Source: an uncultured Nitrososphaeraceae archaeon
Lineage (GTDB): Archaea > Thermoproteota > Nitrososphaeria > Nitrososphaerales > Nitrososphaeraceae
Direction: 5' to 3'
Assembly: GCA_963779615.1 (NCBI GenBank)
Contig: CAVZZA010000004.1
Span: 224,001 to 288,000, forward strand
DNA: 64,000 bases
Of the stretch, positions 37,697 through 48,949 are shown piece after piece. The position numbers were made by a program, and so were the translations under genes. The notes under the pieces are model-generated. The model was not told the DNA's origin. It worked only from the letters and a program-made list of their open reading frames with translations, and made no database searches. Positions within the stretch are counted from its first letter, which is position 1; every line of letters begins with the position of its first letter.

Positions 37697-38017
37697 TTCC
37701 TGGTCCATCTTTGCCGGAAGGAGTATTGGAGGATGACGGAACGGAGCGAGGACTGATGTTTGTCTTTATAGGTACAAGTATTAGTCGGCAGTTCGAGTTT
37801 GTCCAGGCAGAGTGGGTGAACAACGGTATATTTATTGGATCAGGTGGTGACAAAGACCCTACTGCAGGAGCCAACGATGACACAGGAAAGTTTATCGTCC
37901 CACGCAAACCAATCCGAAAAAGCTTCCAGAACCGGCCTCGGTTCGTCGTCAGGCGGTGAATATTGTTTCATGCCAGGCATACGTGCCTTACGTTGGCTGG
38001 CAGATTTAGACACCTGA
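37697..38017 (+). repeat. inverted second copy of the DyP peroxidase 3' end
   Basis: Encodes LPEGVLEDDG...FEFVQAEWVNNG...GGEYCFMPGIRALRWLADLDT; reverse complement of about 33913-34230, with the last about 60 bp identical. Confidence 0.9.
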
Positions 38018-38149
38018 CGGAAAGCCAGACGGCTCCAAATTTGACCGGACCAGTTCAACTTATTTACTTCTGCCAACCTTGCGATAAAACTAATTGACGA
38101 GATTTTCAGATTATCTCCTTTGATAATCCAAGGTAGAGTCATGATACTC

Positions 38150-38570
38150 AGTATTCACCTATCCTTCTTGTGATTTCTTCCACATCGCTTTCCAGCTGGA
38201 ACTTGGCAGAGTTTGGCCGACCAATATCCTCCGCAGTCTCAACGAGGGTTTGGTCCAGATTCCTAAGTTCCCCTGCCTGCTCTATAATTCTGTGAATGTC
38301 CTTTATGATTGCATGGCCCTCTATCTTTATCCGGCTATAAAGGCACTAGCAAGAAGGGACACCATCGCCAAGCTCATTCATACATTGCATATTGGCGTAT
38401 CTGAAGGCGGAGGCACCTATATCAAGACCAGCAGGACAACCTTTCTGCCTATCTTAAAGCATCTGACAGTTTTCCCACTTCCTTTCCAAGCTTAATCTTC
38501 TGCTCATGCAGGCCCCAGCGTGATTATTGAACAGGTCAACCTTTTTCCTCAATTCCAAAAGATGCTGTGT
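38150..38570 (-). pseudogene. degraded copy of the HTH/coiled-coil island gene
   Basis: The minus strand gives ...AEDIGRPNSAKFQLESDVEEITRRIGEY, matching AADIGRLNSTKFQLERDVDELTRKIGDY of 42842-43447. Confidence 0.7.
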
Positions 38571-38947
38571 TTCTAGCAGTTCCATTACGTCTTGTTTAAT
38601 CTCCCTCTTTTTTATACAATATTAAAAATTGTTAATACTGATTCTTTAACTGTCAGTGTGTCAATAATTTTTGATTTTAACGTAAATAGAAGGAACACAA
38701 ATTATGGCAGGTTCCTATCTAGCCATCGAACAGAAACTGGCGGTCTTATATCAAAAAGCATTGTTGCTGTACATGACATTGACCACCGAAGTGACCGCCT
38801 AACCTTCCAACGAGACTATTTATACCTAATCCAGATGAAAGCGTTACACCCAAGGTTTGTTGTAGGTTAACGCTAGGTCACAAATTTGAAAGAAAGGTTA
38901 TTGGGATTATGGATTTGTCTATAGGGCATGTCTATAAAAATACACTA

Positions 38948-41064
38948 GGCGGGCCTTCCATAGGCGTTGGTTACTGTGCATGTGATCGCTTGGTAGGGAC
39001 TGGCTATTGTGTCACTGCATCCTTCAGATAATGTCGATGTGAGGGACGCTATCACTGAGACAGTGTTGTCGCCATTGTTTGCCACAAACATAAAGCCGTT
39101 GTCTTCATTAAAGACGGCAGGTCATGGGTCTAGGAAAAACACCTGTATGCGGTTGTTTTGGGTGTCTGCCACATACACGTTGCCCGTTGTAGGGTTCACA
39201 GCAACGCCTATTGGACTACTGAACTGGCCGTCTCCTGTACCGAAAGTCCCAAACTTTGTGATGAACGCACCGCTGGAATCAAACACCTGGATTCTGTTGT
39301 TGCCGTTTTCTGCCACATACACGTTGCCCGATGCCGGGTTCACGGCAATGCTTTCTGGAAAACTAAACTGGCCGTCGCCCGAGCCGCCTGACCCAAACTT
39401 TGTGATGAACGCACCGCTGCTGGCGTCAAACACTTGGATGCGGCTGTTGGAATCATCTGTCACATACACGTTGCCAGTTGCCGGGTTTACCGCAACACCT
39501 ACTGGACCATCAAACTGGCCGTCTCCTGTAACCGAAGGAGCCGAACTTTGTGATGAAGGTGCCGTTGCTGTCAAACACCTGGATTCTGTTGTTGCCTGTG
39601 TCTGCCACAAACACGTTGCCCGTCGAGGGATTTACGGCAACGCCTAATGGAAAACTAAACTGGCCGTCGCCCGAGCCGCCTGACCCAAACTTTGTGATGA
39701 AGGTGCCAGCGGAGTCAAACACTTGGATGCGGCTGTTGGCCTGGTCTACAACGTACACGCTGCCCGTTAACGGGTTCACGGCAATGCCTACTGGACCAAA
39801 AAACTGGCCGTCGCCCGAGCCGCCTGACCCAAACTTTGTGATGAAGGTGCCGTTGCTGTCAAATACCTGGATTCTGTTGTTTTGGGTGTCTGCCACATAC
39901 ACGTTGCCCGTTGTAGGGTTCACGGCAACGCCTGTTGGAAGTATAAACTGGCTGTCGGCGGAGCCAAGGGACCCCCACTTGCTCAGAAACAGATACTCCT
40001 TTACCAAAAACTCGTTTGTGACGTTGCACTCCCTGCCCTCACCGGCCGTTTCGATAGTGCCGCTGCAGTCTGCGCTAAAGTTCCTCACGACCTTCAGCGG
40101 CGATGAGGCGCTGTCCTGGAAGTCCTCCGACACGTTGTAGTCTACCGACATTGAGCGTAACGTTAGTGCCGACCTCGGAGCCGGCAAACGATGCGGGGCT
40201 TGGATTGCCGTTACCTGGGGCTCCAGTCACTAGCATTGTAAAATCTGATGGAGGTGGGCATGTGAAAGCCGTCAGGGCATGTTATGTTCTTTGTGACCAA
40301 GAGGAAGCCTGTTTGGGGTGTTGGTGATGGAGTTGGTGTTGGTGATAATACCTCCAGAAGGTTGCTGCTGCTGAATGTTTTTGCTCTGGTCGTTAAAGCC
40401 TGAGGCAGTGTTGTCCTTGCCCTCTACCTGTTGGCCTTCGTTTGCATGCTTGCACTCTGGAGACCTGTAGCATAGGTTGTCCTGACCTAGATATTGAGTT
40501 GTGCGATCTGGAATCTGCGTTTACGTCCTTGTGGAGGCTGCCTTTGTAGTCTTTGGTGATTTTGTTATCGTCATCAGATGTCACTACCAACGACAGCGTA
40601 GGATTGCACTGGAGCCATATTATGCCCTGTGACAAGCAAGGACGATAACGCGGAAATTATTAAGAGACACCATAAAATGTTCATATATGAGGTATTGTCA
40701 GGTTTTCAGTTTATATGGAATAGGGCTTTTAAAAGCTGCAATCTCATTTTGTGTTTATTGTCCTACAAAAAACAGCATAACACTGAAACTGAACAATGCA
40801 CACGAAATGTTTGCTTCATCCATTCTTTAGGGCAATGTTGAAGTTAAAACGGCAATTGTCTAGAAAGAATAATAAAATAATTGTAAAAAAATGGGCTGGG
40901 CGGGCCTTCCATAGGCGTTGGTTACTGTGCATGTGATCGCTTGGTAGGGACTGGCTATTGTGTCACTGCATCCTTCAGATAATGTCGATGTGAGGGACGC
41001 TATCACTGAGACAGTGTTGTCGCCATTGTTTGCCACAAACATAAAGCCGTTGTCTTCATTAAAG
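38948..41064. repeat. two essentially identical direct repeats of about 165 bp (38948-39113 and 40899-41064) encoding an orphan YVTN blade plus Ig-closing strand
   Basis: GGCGGGCCTTCCATAGGCGTTGG...GTCTTCATTAAAG in both places; translates on the minus strand to FNEDNGFMFVANNGDNTVSVIA...TCTVTNAYGRPA. Confidence 0.9.
39122..40684 (-). pseudogene. secreted modular NHL-repeat (6-blade) protein, copy 1, frameshifted
   Basis: Start MNILWC at 40684, KITKDYK module, Ig-like domain and six GVAVNP..GNVYVAD..N.RIQVFD repeats across ORFs 40393-40635, 39510-40187 and 39122-39610. Confidence 0.85.
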
Positions 41065-41072
41065 GCGTCAGG

Positions 41073-42644
41073 TCAGGGGTCCAGGAAAAACACCTGGATT
41101 CTGTGGTTGAACGCGTCTGCCACATACACATTGCCTGTGGTGGGGTTGACGGCAACGCTTGTTGGACTACTAAACTGGCCGTCGCCGGAGCCGCCCGACC
41201 CAAACTTTGTTATGAAGTTGCCAGCGCTGTCAAACACCTGTATGCGGTTGTTGCCGGTGTCTGCCACAAACACGTTGCCCGAGGTGGGGTCGACGGCAAC
41301 GCCTCTTGGATTGCTAAACTGGCCGTCGCCGGAGCCGGCGGACCCAAACTTTGTTATGAAGTTGCCAGCGCTGTCAAACACCTGGATTCTGTTGTTGGAA
41401 AAGTCTGACACGTACACGTTGCCCGAGGTGGGGTCGACGGTAAGGCCTGCCGTACCGCCAAGAAACTGGCCGTTACCAGAGCCTGTACCTCCAAACATTG
41501 TTAGGAGGTTGCCAGCGCTGTCAAACACCTGGATTCTGTTGTTGCCCGTGTCCGTCACATACACGTTGCCAGTTGTGGGGTTGAAGGCAACGGCAACCGG
41601 AGTATTAAACGATCCCAAAATCGTTATGAACGTTCCGGTACTGTCAAACACTTGGACGCGGTTGTTGAAGGTATCCGCCACGTACACGTTGCCCGTCGAG
41701 GGGTTCACGGCAACGCCAAACGGAAAACTGAACTGGCCGTTACCAGAGCCGGCGGATCCAAAACTTGTTATAAAGTTGCCATTGCCGTCAAACACCTGGA
41801 TTCTGTTGTTGTTGGTGTCTGCCACATACACATTGCCAGTGGTTGGGTTCACTGCAACGCCAAACGGAACATTAAAAGTTCCGTTGTCAATGGTGCCAAA
41901 GGTTCCAAACTTGCTCAAAAACAGGTACTCCTTTACAATAAACTCGTTTGTCACGTTGCACTCCCTGCTTTCACCTGCCGTGTCTATGGTGCCCCTACAT
42001 CCCTCGCTAAAGTTTCTCACAACCTTCAGCGGCGATGAGGCGCTGTCCTCAAAGTCCTCGGTGACGTTGAAGTCCCCGACATTCAGGGTGACGTTGGTGC
42101 CCAACTCGGAGCCGGCAAATGTAGCGGGATTGGGGTTTCCGTTGCCAGGCGTTCCGGTGACACGCATTGTAAAGTCGGATGGCGATGGGCAGTCAAAGCC
42201 GTCGGGACAGGTTACGTTCTTTGTGACCAGTAGGGTGCCTGTTTGAGGTGTCGGTGTCGGAGTTGTTCCGCTTCCCGGTGTTTGTGGTGACGGTGTTGTT
42301 GACCCGGCGGGCAGCTGCTGTTGCTGCTGCTGTTCAGTGTTTTTGCTCTGGTCATTGAAGCCTGAGGCCGCATTGTCCCTGCCCTCTGTCTGCTCACCTT
42401 CGTTTGCCTGCCTGCAACCGTCATCCCCATAGCAAAAATTGTCCTGGTCCAAATGCTGGTTGGTTTTTTCGGACTTTGAGTCCATGTCCTTGTGTATGCT
42501 GTCCTTGTAGTCCTTGGTGATTTTGGGACCGTCATCATTGTCACTGCCAGTGGCGGCATAAGACTGGACTGGAGCCAAGTTTGGCCCTGTAACGAATAAA
42601 GACGCTAATGCGGCTATTACAAGGAGACACTGCAAAATACTCAT
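41073..42644 (-). CDS. secreted modular protein: signal peptide, conserved Cys/Gln/Asn module, P/T linker, Ig-like domain, 6 NHL repeats (beta-propeller)
   Basis: Hydrophobic N-terminus; NQHLDQDNFCYGDDGCRQANEG..G.DNAASGFNDQS; six NHL repeats. Confidence 0.9.
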   Translation of the reverse strand: MSILQCLLVIAALASLFVTGPNLAPVQSYAATGSDNDDGPKITKDYKDSIHKDMDSKSEKTNQHLDQDNFCYGDDGCRQANEGEQTEGRDNAASGFNDQSKNTEQQQQQQLPAGSTTPSPQTPGSGTTPTPTPQTGTLLVTKNVTCPDGFDCPSPSDFTMRVTGTPGNGNPNPATFAGSELGTNVTLNVGDFNVTEDFEDSASSPLKVVRNFSEGCRGTIDTAGESRECNVTNEFIVKEYLFLSKFGTFGTIDNGTFNVPFGVAVNPTTGNVYVADTNNNRIQVFDGNGNFITSFGSAGSGNGQFSFPFGVAVNPSTGNVYVADTFNNRVQVFDSTGTFITILGSFNTPVAVAFNPTTGNVYVTDTGNNRIQVFDSAGNLLTMFGGTGSGNGQFLGGTAGLTVDPTSGNVYVSDFSNNRIQVFDSAGNFITKFGSAGSGDGQFSNPRGVAVDPTSGNVFVADTGNNRIQVFDSAGNFITKFGSGGSGDGQFSSPTSVAVNPTTGNVYVADAFNHRIQVFFLDP

Positions 42645-42841
42645 ATATGAAAGACTGTCGAGTTTTCAATTTATGAAATAGGGCAATAGACACTGCAATT
42701 TTCTTTTGCAACTGTTAAACTATAAAAATGAGGATGACACTGACACTGAACATGGCAGAGGAAATGTTTACGGTGTCTCTTCAATTTCTATGATGTCCCA
42801 TTCAGCCGTCCTTGACAAACGTCAACTCATGACAGTACCCT

Positions 42842-43447
42842 TTAACACTGTCTTGCTTGACGGCTCCTTTCCAAAAGCATGTCATCATAGTCGCCTATCT
42901 TTCTTGTCAGTTCGTCCACATCCCTTTCCAGCTGGAACTTTGTAGAGTTTAGCCTTCCAATATCCGCTGCTACTGCATAAAGTTCGCAGTTTAGGCTCTT
43001 GAGTTTTCCTTCCATCTGGACAATGTTTATAATGTCTTGTTTGTTTCCAAGGCCTTCACTCTTTAGACCATGGTAGAGGTGCTCCAGAAGATGAATGTCA
43101 TCCCCCATCTCATTATAGATGGTTATCAATTTATCCAGGTTTAACAGCCGTAGATAATCAGAATACATGCCCAAAACCTCATCTGCTTCCATGTCCAAGG
43201 TAATGGCAACATCCACCAAGTTCTTGCCTTCTTTAAAAAGCCTGAAGGCTCTGGAGTATAATGATTTACCACTGCCTTGACAATCAAAATCCTCTCCGGT
43301 GTGTTTTCTTATTATTGTTCCAATGTCTTTTAATGAGATATGGACCACCTGAGCTATATGCCTTGTAGACTTGCCGGCCTCTGCCAGCTGGATGACCAGT
43401 CTCTCTTTTTCCTCTCGCTTGAGAATCACTTTAGTACAAGTATGCAT
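42842..43447 (-). CDS. HTH + coiled-coil island protein
   Basis: KERLVIQLAEAGKSTRHIAQVVHISLKDIG HTH, a second HTH-like RAFRLFKEGKNLVDVAITLD, and a C-terminal heptad region. Confidence 0.75.
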   Translation of the reverse strand: MHTCTKVILKREEKERLVIQLAEAGKSTRHIAQVVHISLKDIGTIIRKHTGEDFDCQGSGKSLYSRAFRLFKEGKNLVDVAITLDMEADEVLGMYSDYLRLLNLDKLITIYNEMGDDIHLLEHLYHGLKSEGLGNKQDIINIVQMEGKLKSLNCELYAVAADIGRLNSTKFQLERDVDELTRKIGDYDDMLLERSRQARQC

Positions 43448-43822
43448 ATGGCCAATGAAAATAAAAGGCCCTTGATTCCCTGATTTTTAACCCCTTTTTA
43501 TGACGCAGTTGAAGGCTCTATAACATCTGATGGTAGAATTACAATGACTTAGGTAAGATATGCAAAGCCGCATTCAAGCAAAACAATCAAACAATAAAAC
43601 ATGTAGGTTTCAGCATCACTAGCAGTCACTGCCAATATCAAGTATATGGATATCCCACTTCCAAGGATTCGAGGAATACATCAATCGCAGGGATGGTCAA
43701 TAAAAAAATATAAGCAATAACTTTACAGTTCCCATGTACATGCCAGAGTCGAAGCCCTCCGGGCCCGTTACGATAATGGCTCTTTTAAATGGGTTCTACG
43801 AAAATAAGGTGTAAAGAATAAA

Positions 43823-44648
43823 GTGGTAGAAAACAATAATCAGGAACTGGACCCATGGTCACTGTATTTGTACGCGATGAAATCGCCAGTGACAAGGGAA
43901 AAGTACCAAAAGAGGCTCGAAAAGTTCTTTGACTTTGTGAATATAGAAGGAAAAACCGTGAAGGAGAAGAGCAGTGTTTTTGTTGATTTGGCAAGGAAAG
44001 AGGGCAATGGATGGATATTCAACCAGGTGTTAAGGTTTATGCAATTTCAACTGGAGCGCTTCAACAGAAAAGAGATTACGGGCTCAACAATAAGAAATTA
44101 CCTTAAGAGCATAAAGTTGTTTTGCGAGCTGGCTGATTTTTCCATTCCATGGAAAAAAATCACTAGGGGGCTACCCAAGGCAAAAAACTATTCAGACGAC
44201 CGTATACCAACAATAGATGAAATAAGGAAACTTTTGGAATATCCAGACAGAAGGTTGAAATCCATAATCATCACCATGGCTTCGTCAGGTATACGACTTG
44301 GTGCGTGGGAGTATTTGAGGTGGGGGAATATCAAACCGATAGAAAGAGAATGAAAGGTTGTTGCTGCCAAAATCATTGTTTATTCTGGAGAGGAGGAAGA
44401 GTACTTTTCCTTTATCTCCAAAGAAGCATTTCTTTCTCTGAAAGATTGGATGAACTATAGGGATTTTTCAGGAGAGTTGATAGACGAAAACAGCTGGGTA
44501 ATGCGACACTTGTGGGATACACAGGTTGCTCAAGGAAGGGGGTTTGTGACAAAGCCTAATAAACTTGCAACAATAGGAATAAAAAAACTAATCAACAGAG
44601 CAATATGGGCCTAGGGTTTGAGAAAGAAGTTAGAAAATAAAAAAAGAG
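43823..44648 (+). pseudogene. tyrosine integrase (family B), inactivated by in-frame stops and truncated
   Basis: MASSGIRLGAWEYLRWG (catalytic R); the frame continues past TGA 44351 (KVVAAKIIVYSGEEEEYFSFIS...) and TAG near 44612, then is lost. Confidence 0.85.
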
Positions 44649-45017
44649 TATTATTAAATTGTGGAGGAAATTTTAAAGAAATTTATCCGATAGGCGATAG
44701 TTTGGTTTTACGATTTTACTGTACTCCTGATGATAAAATTGTAGAATTAAAATGCGTGAAAGTTATATTGAATAAGAAATCGAACGTCTGGTTCAACAAA
44801 TAGGCATATCTTTAGAAGAATTTAAAACTCTATGTAGAAAAGCAAGAAAACATCAATTCACGGTTAATTAAAGAATAGTTAAAATTTTACCACCCATTCT
44901 TGAACACCAAAAATAACACCCTAGAAGTGAACAGAACCTATTTTCAATTATTTACAATAAAATCAAAGTATGTTGACAACTAGATATATCCTGCTACCTA
45001 TAGAATCAATTTTAGTT

Positions 45018-45665
45018 ATGAATAAAAGAATTATCTATTCATTGGTTATAATCGTTATAGCAATATCATTATCTACTTTACTACCAAATTTCAATCCAAT
45101 ACAACAACCACCACTATATGCCGCAAGTCCCAATACTTCGGATTTGAAGCAGGACGTCAAACAAAACATGAATCAGGACAATCTCTGTAACAAACCTGAT
45201 GAATGCAACCAGGCTAGTGAAGGCCAACAAATACAGGGCAATGATAATTCAGCAGCTGGTTTTACTGACCAGAGCACAACCATTAGTCCAGGCAATACCA
45301 CTGGTTCAGCGCCATCGACTACAACTCAAGTGGCTCAGGGGCAGGCAGGGCCACAGGGAATTCCGGGACCGGCAGGGCCCCCTCGAACTGCTGTTGTGAC
45401 TGAAAGGGCAAGCACCGGAACAATCATTCTACCTGGCACAATAGGGTTTGCTGAGGCATCATGCAACCCTGGCGAAATATCTACGGGTGGGGGATACAGA
45501 TTTACACCTTCAGGTGTAGGGGTAACCCCTCCCTATGTTTCTGGCTCTAAAGCATTGACAGATATTTCGGGGAATAATTTGGGATGGGAAATTGATGCCT
45601 TCAACCCGGGTACATCTAATACGGATATTGTCGCATTTGCAGAATGCCTAAAGTTAGTGCCCTAG
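45018..45665 (+). CDS. secreted protein with the conserved Cys/Gln/Asn module, short collagen-like repeat and small C-terminal disulfide domain
   Basis: Signal peptide; QNMNQDNLCNKPDECNQASEGQQIQGNDNSAAGFTDQS; GQAGPQGIPGPAGPP; ASCNPGEISTGGG...AFAEC. Confidence 0.8.
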   Translation: MNKRIIYSLVIIVIAISLSTLLPNFNPIQQPPLYAASPNTSDLKQDVKQNMNQDNLCNKPDECNQASEGQQIQGNDNSAAGFTDQSTTISPGNTTGSAPSTTTQVAQGQAGPQGIPGPAGPPRTAVVTERASTGTIILPGTIGFAEASCNPGEISTGGGYRFTPSGVGVTPPYVSGSKALTDISGNNLGWEIDAFNPGTSNTDIVAFAECLKLVP

Positions 45666-45961
45666 GAACAGAGGATTGCGAGAAAAATCCTTTTTTATTA
45701 AGCAAAGCAAAGAAAACCTTTGTTAAATCCATTTCATATAATTCTACTTGCCATAAAGTGGCCTTCCATAACTATACCCCTCAATGGTTTTCTGCTGTTT
45801 GGACCATTCCTTTACTGAAGGCTCATCGGCAGGTTTTCCCTTGGGCCCTCTTTTCACAATCGCAATCATGGCCATAACCTCAAAGCTGTATGGTATTTGT
45901 AAATCGGCCCTGTTTTAGGATACACAACAATTCTGAAAAACATTTAACCTCTATTTTGGCT

Positions 45962-46531
45962 TCAGTGGTTTTTGTAGTATTTTCTTTTGGTTTCGTCCAG
46001 TTCCGTGTCGTAATACTTTTTTAAGTCGATTAGAGTGTCTATGTCGTACTCTAATTGGGCTTTCTCTTGCTTTAGATTTTTCATGTTTAGCGCCAAATCA
46101 ATAGCATGGTTCAAATCCTTCACCTTTATTTTGTTTCCGTCCAGAAAATCAAACAGTTTCAAATATGTCCCAAGGTTATTCCTGTTTTCCATCAAGACAC
46201 GAGACGCCATTCCCATGTTCCATAATAACAGGTAGTCAGAGCGGATTTTCAGTGCCTGGTCTGTTGTCAAATCAAGTTCAATGGCCACCTGGACAACGGG
46301 TTTGTCCTCCAGAAATAGCTTGAATGCCTGTGACGAAATGGACAAGGGTTTATTCTTTTGGTCACCTTGCTCCTGCTCTTCTTTAGCCTCGGCAGTAAGT
46401 TTCTGCCTGTTTTTCTTGACGATGGTGTTCGAGACATGGGCCATCTTTGAAATCTCCCTTGTTGTGTGACCTTTTTTCAGCAAGTCAATAACCATATTTT
46501 CTTTGTCTTTTGCGGATGGTACCGACATCAA
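45962..46531 (-). CDS. HTH + coiled-coil island protein (paralog of 42842-43447)
   Basis: KENMVIDLLKKGHTTREISKMAHVS and QAFKLFLEDKPVVQVAIELDL. Confidence 0.75.
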   Translation of the reverse strand: MMSVPSAKDKENMVIDLLKKGHTTREISKMAHVSNTIVKKNRQKLTAEAKEEQEQGDQKNKPLSISSQAFKLFLEDKPVVQVAIELDLTTDQALKIRSDYLLLWNMGMASRVLMENRNNLGTYLKLFDFLDGNKIKVKDLNHAIDLALNMKNLKQEKAQLEYDIDTLIDLKKYYDTELDETKRKYYKNH

Positions 46532-47360
46532 CCGATATTGTTATCGGGTTTCTTTTAAGCAAATGAATTTTGATACCGTGATACAGCCTTTTCTTGGACG
46601 CTATCCCTGTTACCGCATTTTTCACCTGTTACATATGTCGTTTTTTATGTTGCTTTTTGGTGTGGGGCAACATATTGTCTAGCGGCATATTAAAGCAATA
46701 ACATATGCCAAAATTTTCCACCAAATACCGTTACGATTGTTGGCGGTGTTCCAACAAAGGTTGCTTATGAGTAAAGCCACAGTTTTCCTATTGCGTCAGA
46801 CACCAAGGCAGGGGCCAAATAGCGTGTCGGGTCATGGATGCCCGAGACAGGCCAAAAAGAACACGACAAGGTCCACTATTCACTCCTCAATAGATGTTCC
46901 ACCGATTTGCATGCAACCAAGCCGGAAAATCGCCCCCATTCCCATACCACCGGGCTTGAGTCCCGTAATCTCCATGAAAGTCTTCCTTTTCCCAGGGAGA
47001 TGGGATGACACAGTTGCCTACCACCACGCCTGCGCCGTTGTCATCCATGGATATCCTTTATTCTCTATCGCCACACTTCTTAGATCAACACTCCTGTGGT
47101 CGTTATCCTTTGCGTCATCCTCTTCGGCCTTTGTGTTGTCCCCTTGTCCGTAACGCATTCACCGCAGCCAAAAAGCGTCAATGTTGCCCCATAGCCCAAA
47201 CCAAGAGCCTTGTACCTAAATCATATAAATTTGGAGGGCTGCCCCCATCATGAAAGATAATGGAATGGGGACCCTATCTCCTAAGGATAAAACAAAAACG
47301 AAAAGCCCAAAAAAGGGGGTTTGAGAATAACTGGGAATTTTTCTCATCAAAGGCGACAGG

Positions 47361-48614
47361 TTAGGGGTCCAGGAAGAACACTTGGATTCTGTTGTTGAAA
47401 GTGTCTGCCACATACACGCTGCCCGTTGTCGAGTTCACGGCAACGCCTATTGGACCATCAAACCGGCCGTCTCCTGTTCCGAATGTCCCAAACTTTGTGA
47501 TGAAGATGCCGGTGCTGGCGTCAAACACCTGGATTCTGTCGTTGCCGGTGTCTGCCACGTACACGCTGCCGGTTGTCGGGTTCACGGCAACGCCTGTTGC
47601 AAAACTAAGTTGGCCGTCTCCTGAGCCGCCGGTTCCAAACTTTGTGATGAAGGTGCCGGTGCTGTCAAACACTTGGACGCGGCTGTTGGCCTGGTCTACA
47701 ACATACACGTTGCCCGTTACCGGGTTCACGGCAACGCCTACTGGACCAAGAAATTGGCCGTCGCCGGAGCCGCCTGACCCAAACTTTGTGATGAAGGTGC
47801 CGCTGGAGTCAAACACCTGGATTCTGTTGTTTTGGCTGTCTGCCACGTACACGCTGCCCGTCGAGGGGTTCACTGCAACGCCTGTTGGAAGTCTAAACTG
47901 GCCGTCGCCGTTGCCTATAGAGCCCCACTTGCCCAGAAACAGGTAATCCTTCGACACAAACTCGTTTGTGACGTTGCACTCCCTGCCTCCACCGACTGTT
48001 TTGATGGTGCCGCTACATCCCTCGGAAAAGTCTCACAGCCTTCAATGGCGACGACGCGCTGTCCTCAAAGTCCTCCGACACATTGTAATCGCCGAGATTG
48101 AGCGTGACGGTGGTGCCCTCCTCGGAGCCGGCAAACGAAGCTGGACTTGGGTTCCCGTTGCCCTAGGTTCCGGTGACACGCATCGTAAAGTCGGACGGTG
48201 GTGGGCATGAGAAGCCGTCAGGGCATGTGACGTTCTTTGTGACAAGGAGGGTGCCTGTTTGTTGAGGTGTTGAGGGTGGTAGATTGGACACACCAGCAGG
48301 CTGTGACTGCTGAACGTTTTTGCTTGGGTCATTGAATCCCTTTGCATCATTGTCTTTGCCCACTATCTGTTGACCTTGGTTGGCCTGTTCACAATCGTCG
48401 ACCCTGTAGCAGAGGTTGTCCTGGCCAAATGCTGGTTTGTGCTATCGGACTTGGAGTCTACATCTTTTCTAATGCTGCTCTTGTAGTCCTTGGTGATTTT
48501 GTAGTCACCATTGTCACCAGGCTCAGCGTTTGCTTGAACTGGGACCATATTCGGCCCCGTGACCAACAAGGACGCTAACGCGGACAATACCAACAGACAC
48601 TGTAAAATGTTCAT
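47361..48614 (-). pseudogene. secreted modular NHL-repeat protein, copy 3 (only 4 blades), frameshifted
   Basis: Collinear ORFs 48363-48614, 48163-48363 and 47361-47957 with the same architecture as 41073-42644. Confidence 0.85.
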
Positions 48615-48949
48615 ATATGAAAGACTGTCAAGTTTTCAGTTTATATGAAATAGGGTTTTTAAAACTGCAATCTATTTTTGTGTTTATCGTCCTGCAAAAA
48701 CAGCATAACACTGACACAGAACATATCAAGGGAAATGTGTACTCTATTCATTCTTTGAGACTTGACAATTAAAGCGGCCCCAAAATAACTTTTGTCCATG
48801 GACAAGGACCTTGACAACTGCTGAGGTGGCCACCTGCCTTTACCAAGATGCAACCATGTTTGCAAAGCCTATACTCAGTCACAGGTTTTGATTGAAAGGT
48901 TATGTGGATTATGGGTTTGGCTATAGAGGCATGACCATGTAACAATACA

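Larger units (their letters stand above)
28013..43770. mobile_element. integrated element E1 (about 15.7 kb) at tRNA-Arg
   Basis: Bounded by the identical 22-bp repeat TCGAAGCCCTCCGGGCCCGTTA at 28013-28034 and 43749-43770; tyrosine integrase immediately after the tRNA. Confidence 0.85.

Noticed and set aside
38948-41064. Near-identical repeats at gene 3' ends as TR/VR of a diversity-generating retroelement
   Set aside because: The copies show no adenine-specific differences and no reverse transcriptase is present in the window.
41073-41075. In-frame TGA as selenocysteine
   Set aside because: The position does not align with Cys in paralogs, copy 3 has TAA, and Sec machinery is not known in this lineage.
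28013-43770. E1 as a provirus or conjugative element
   Set aside because: No capsid, terminase, portal, VirB4 or relaxase-like genes recognised.
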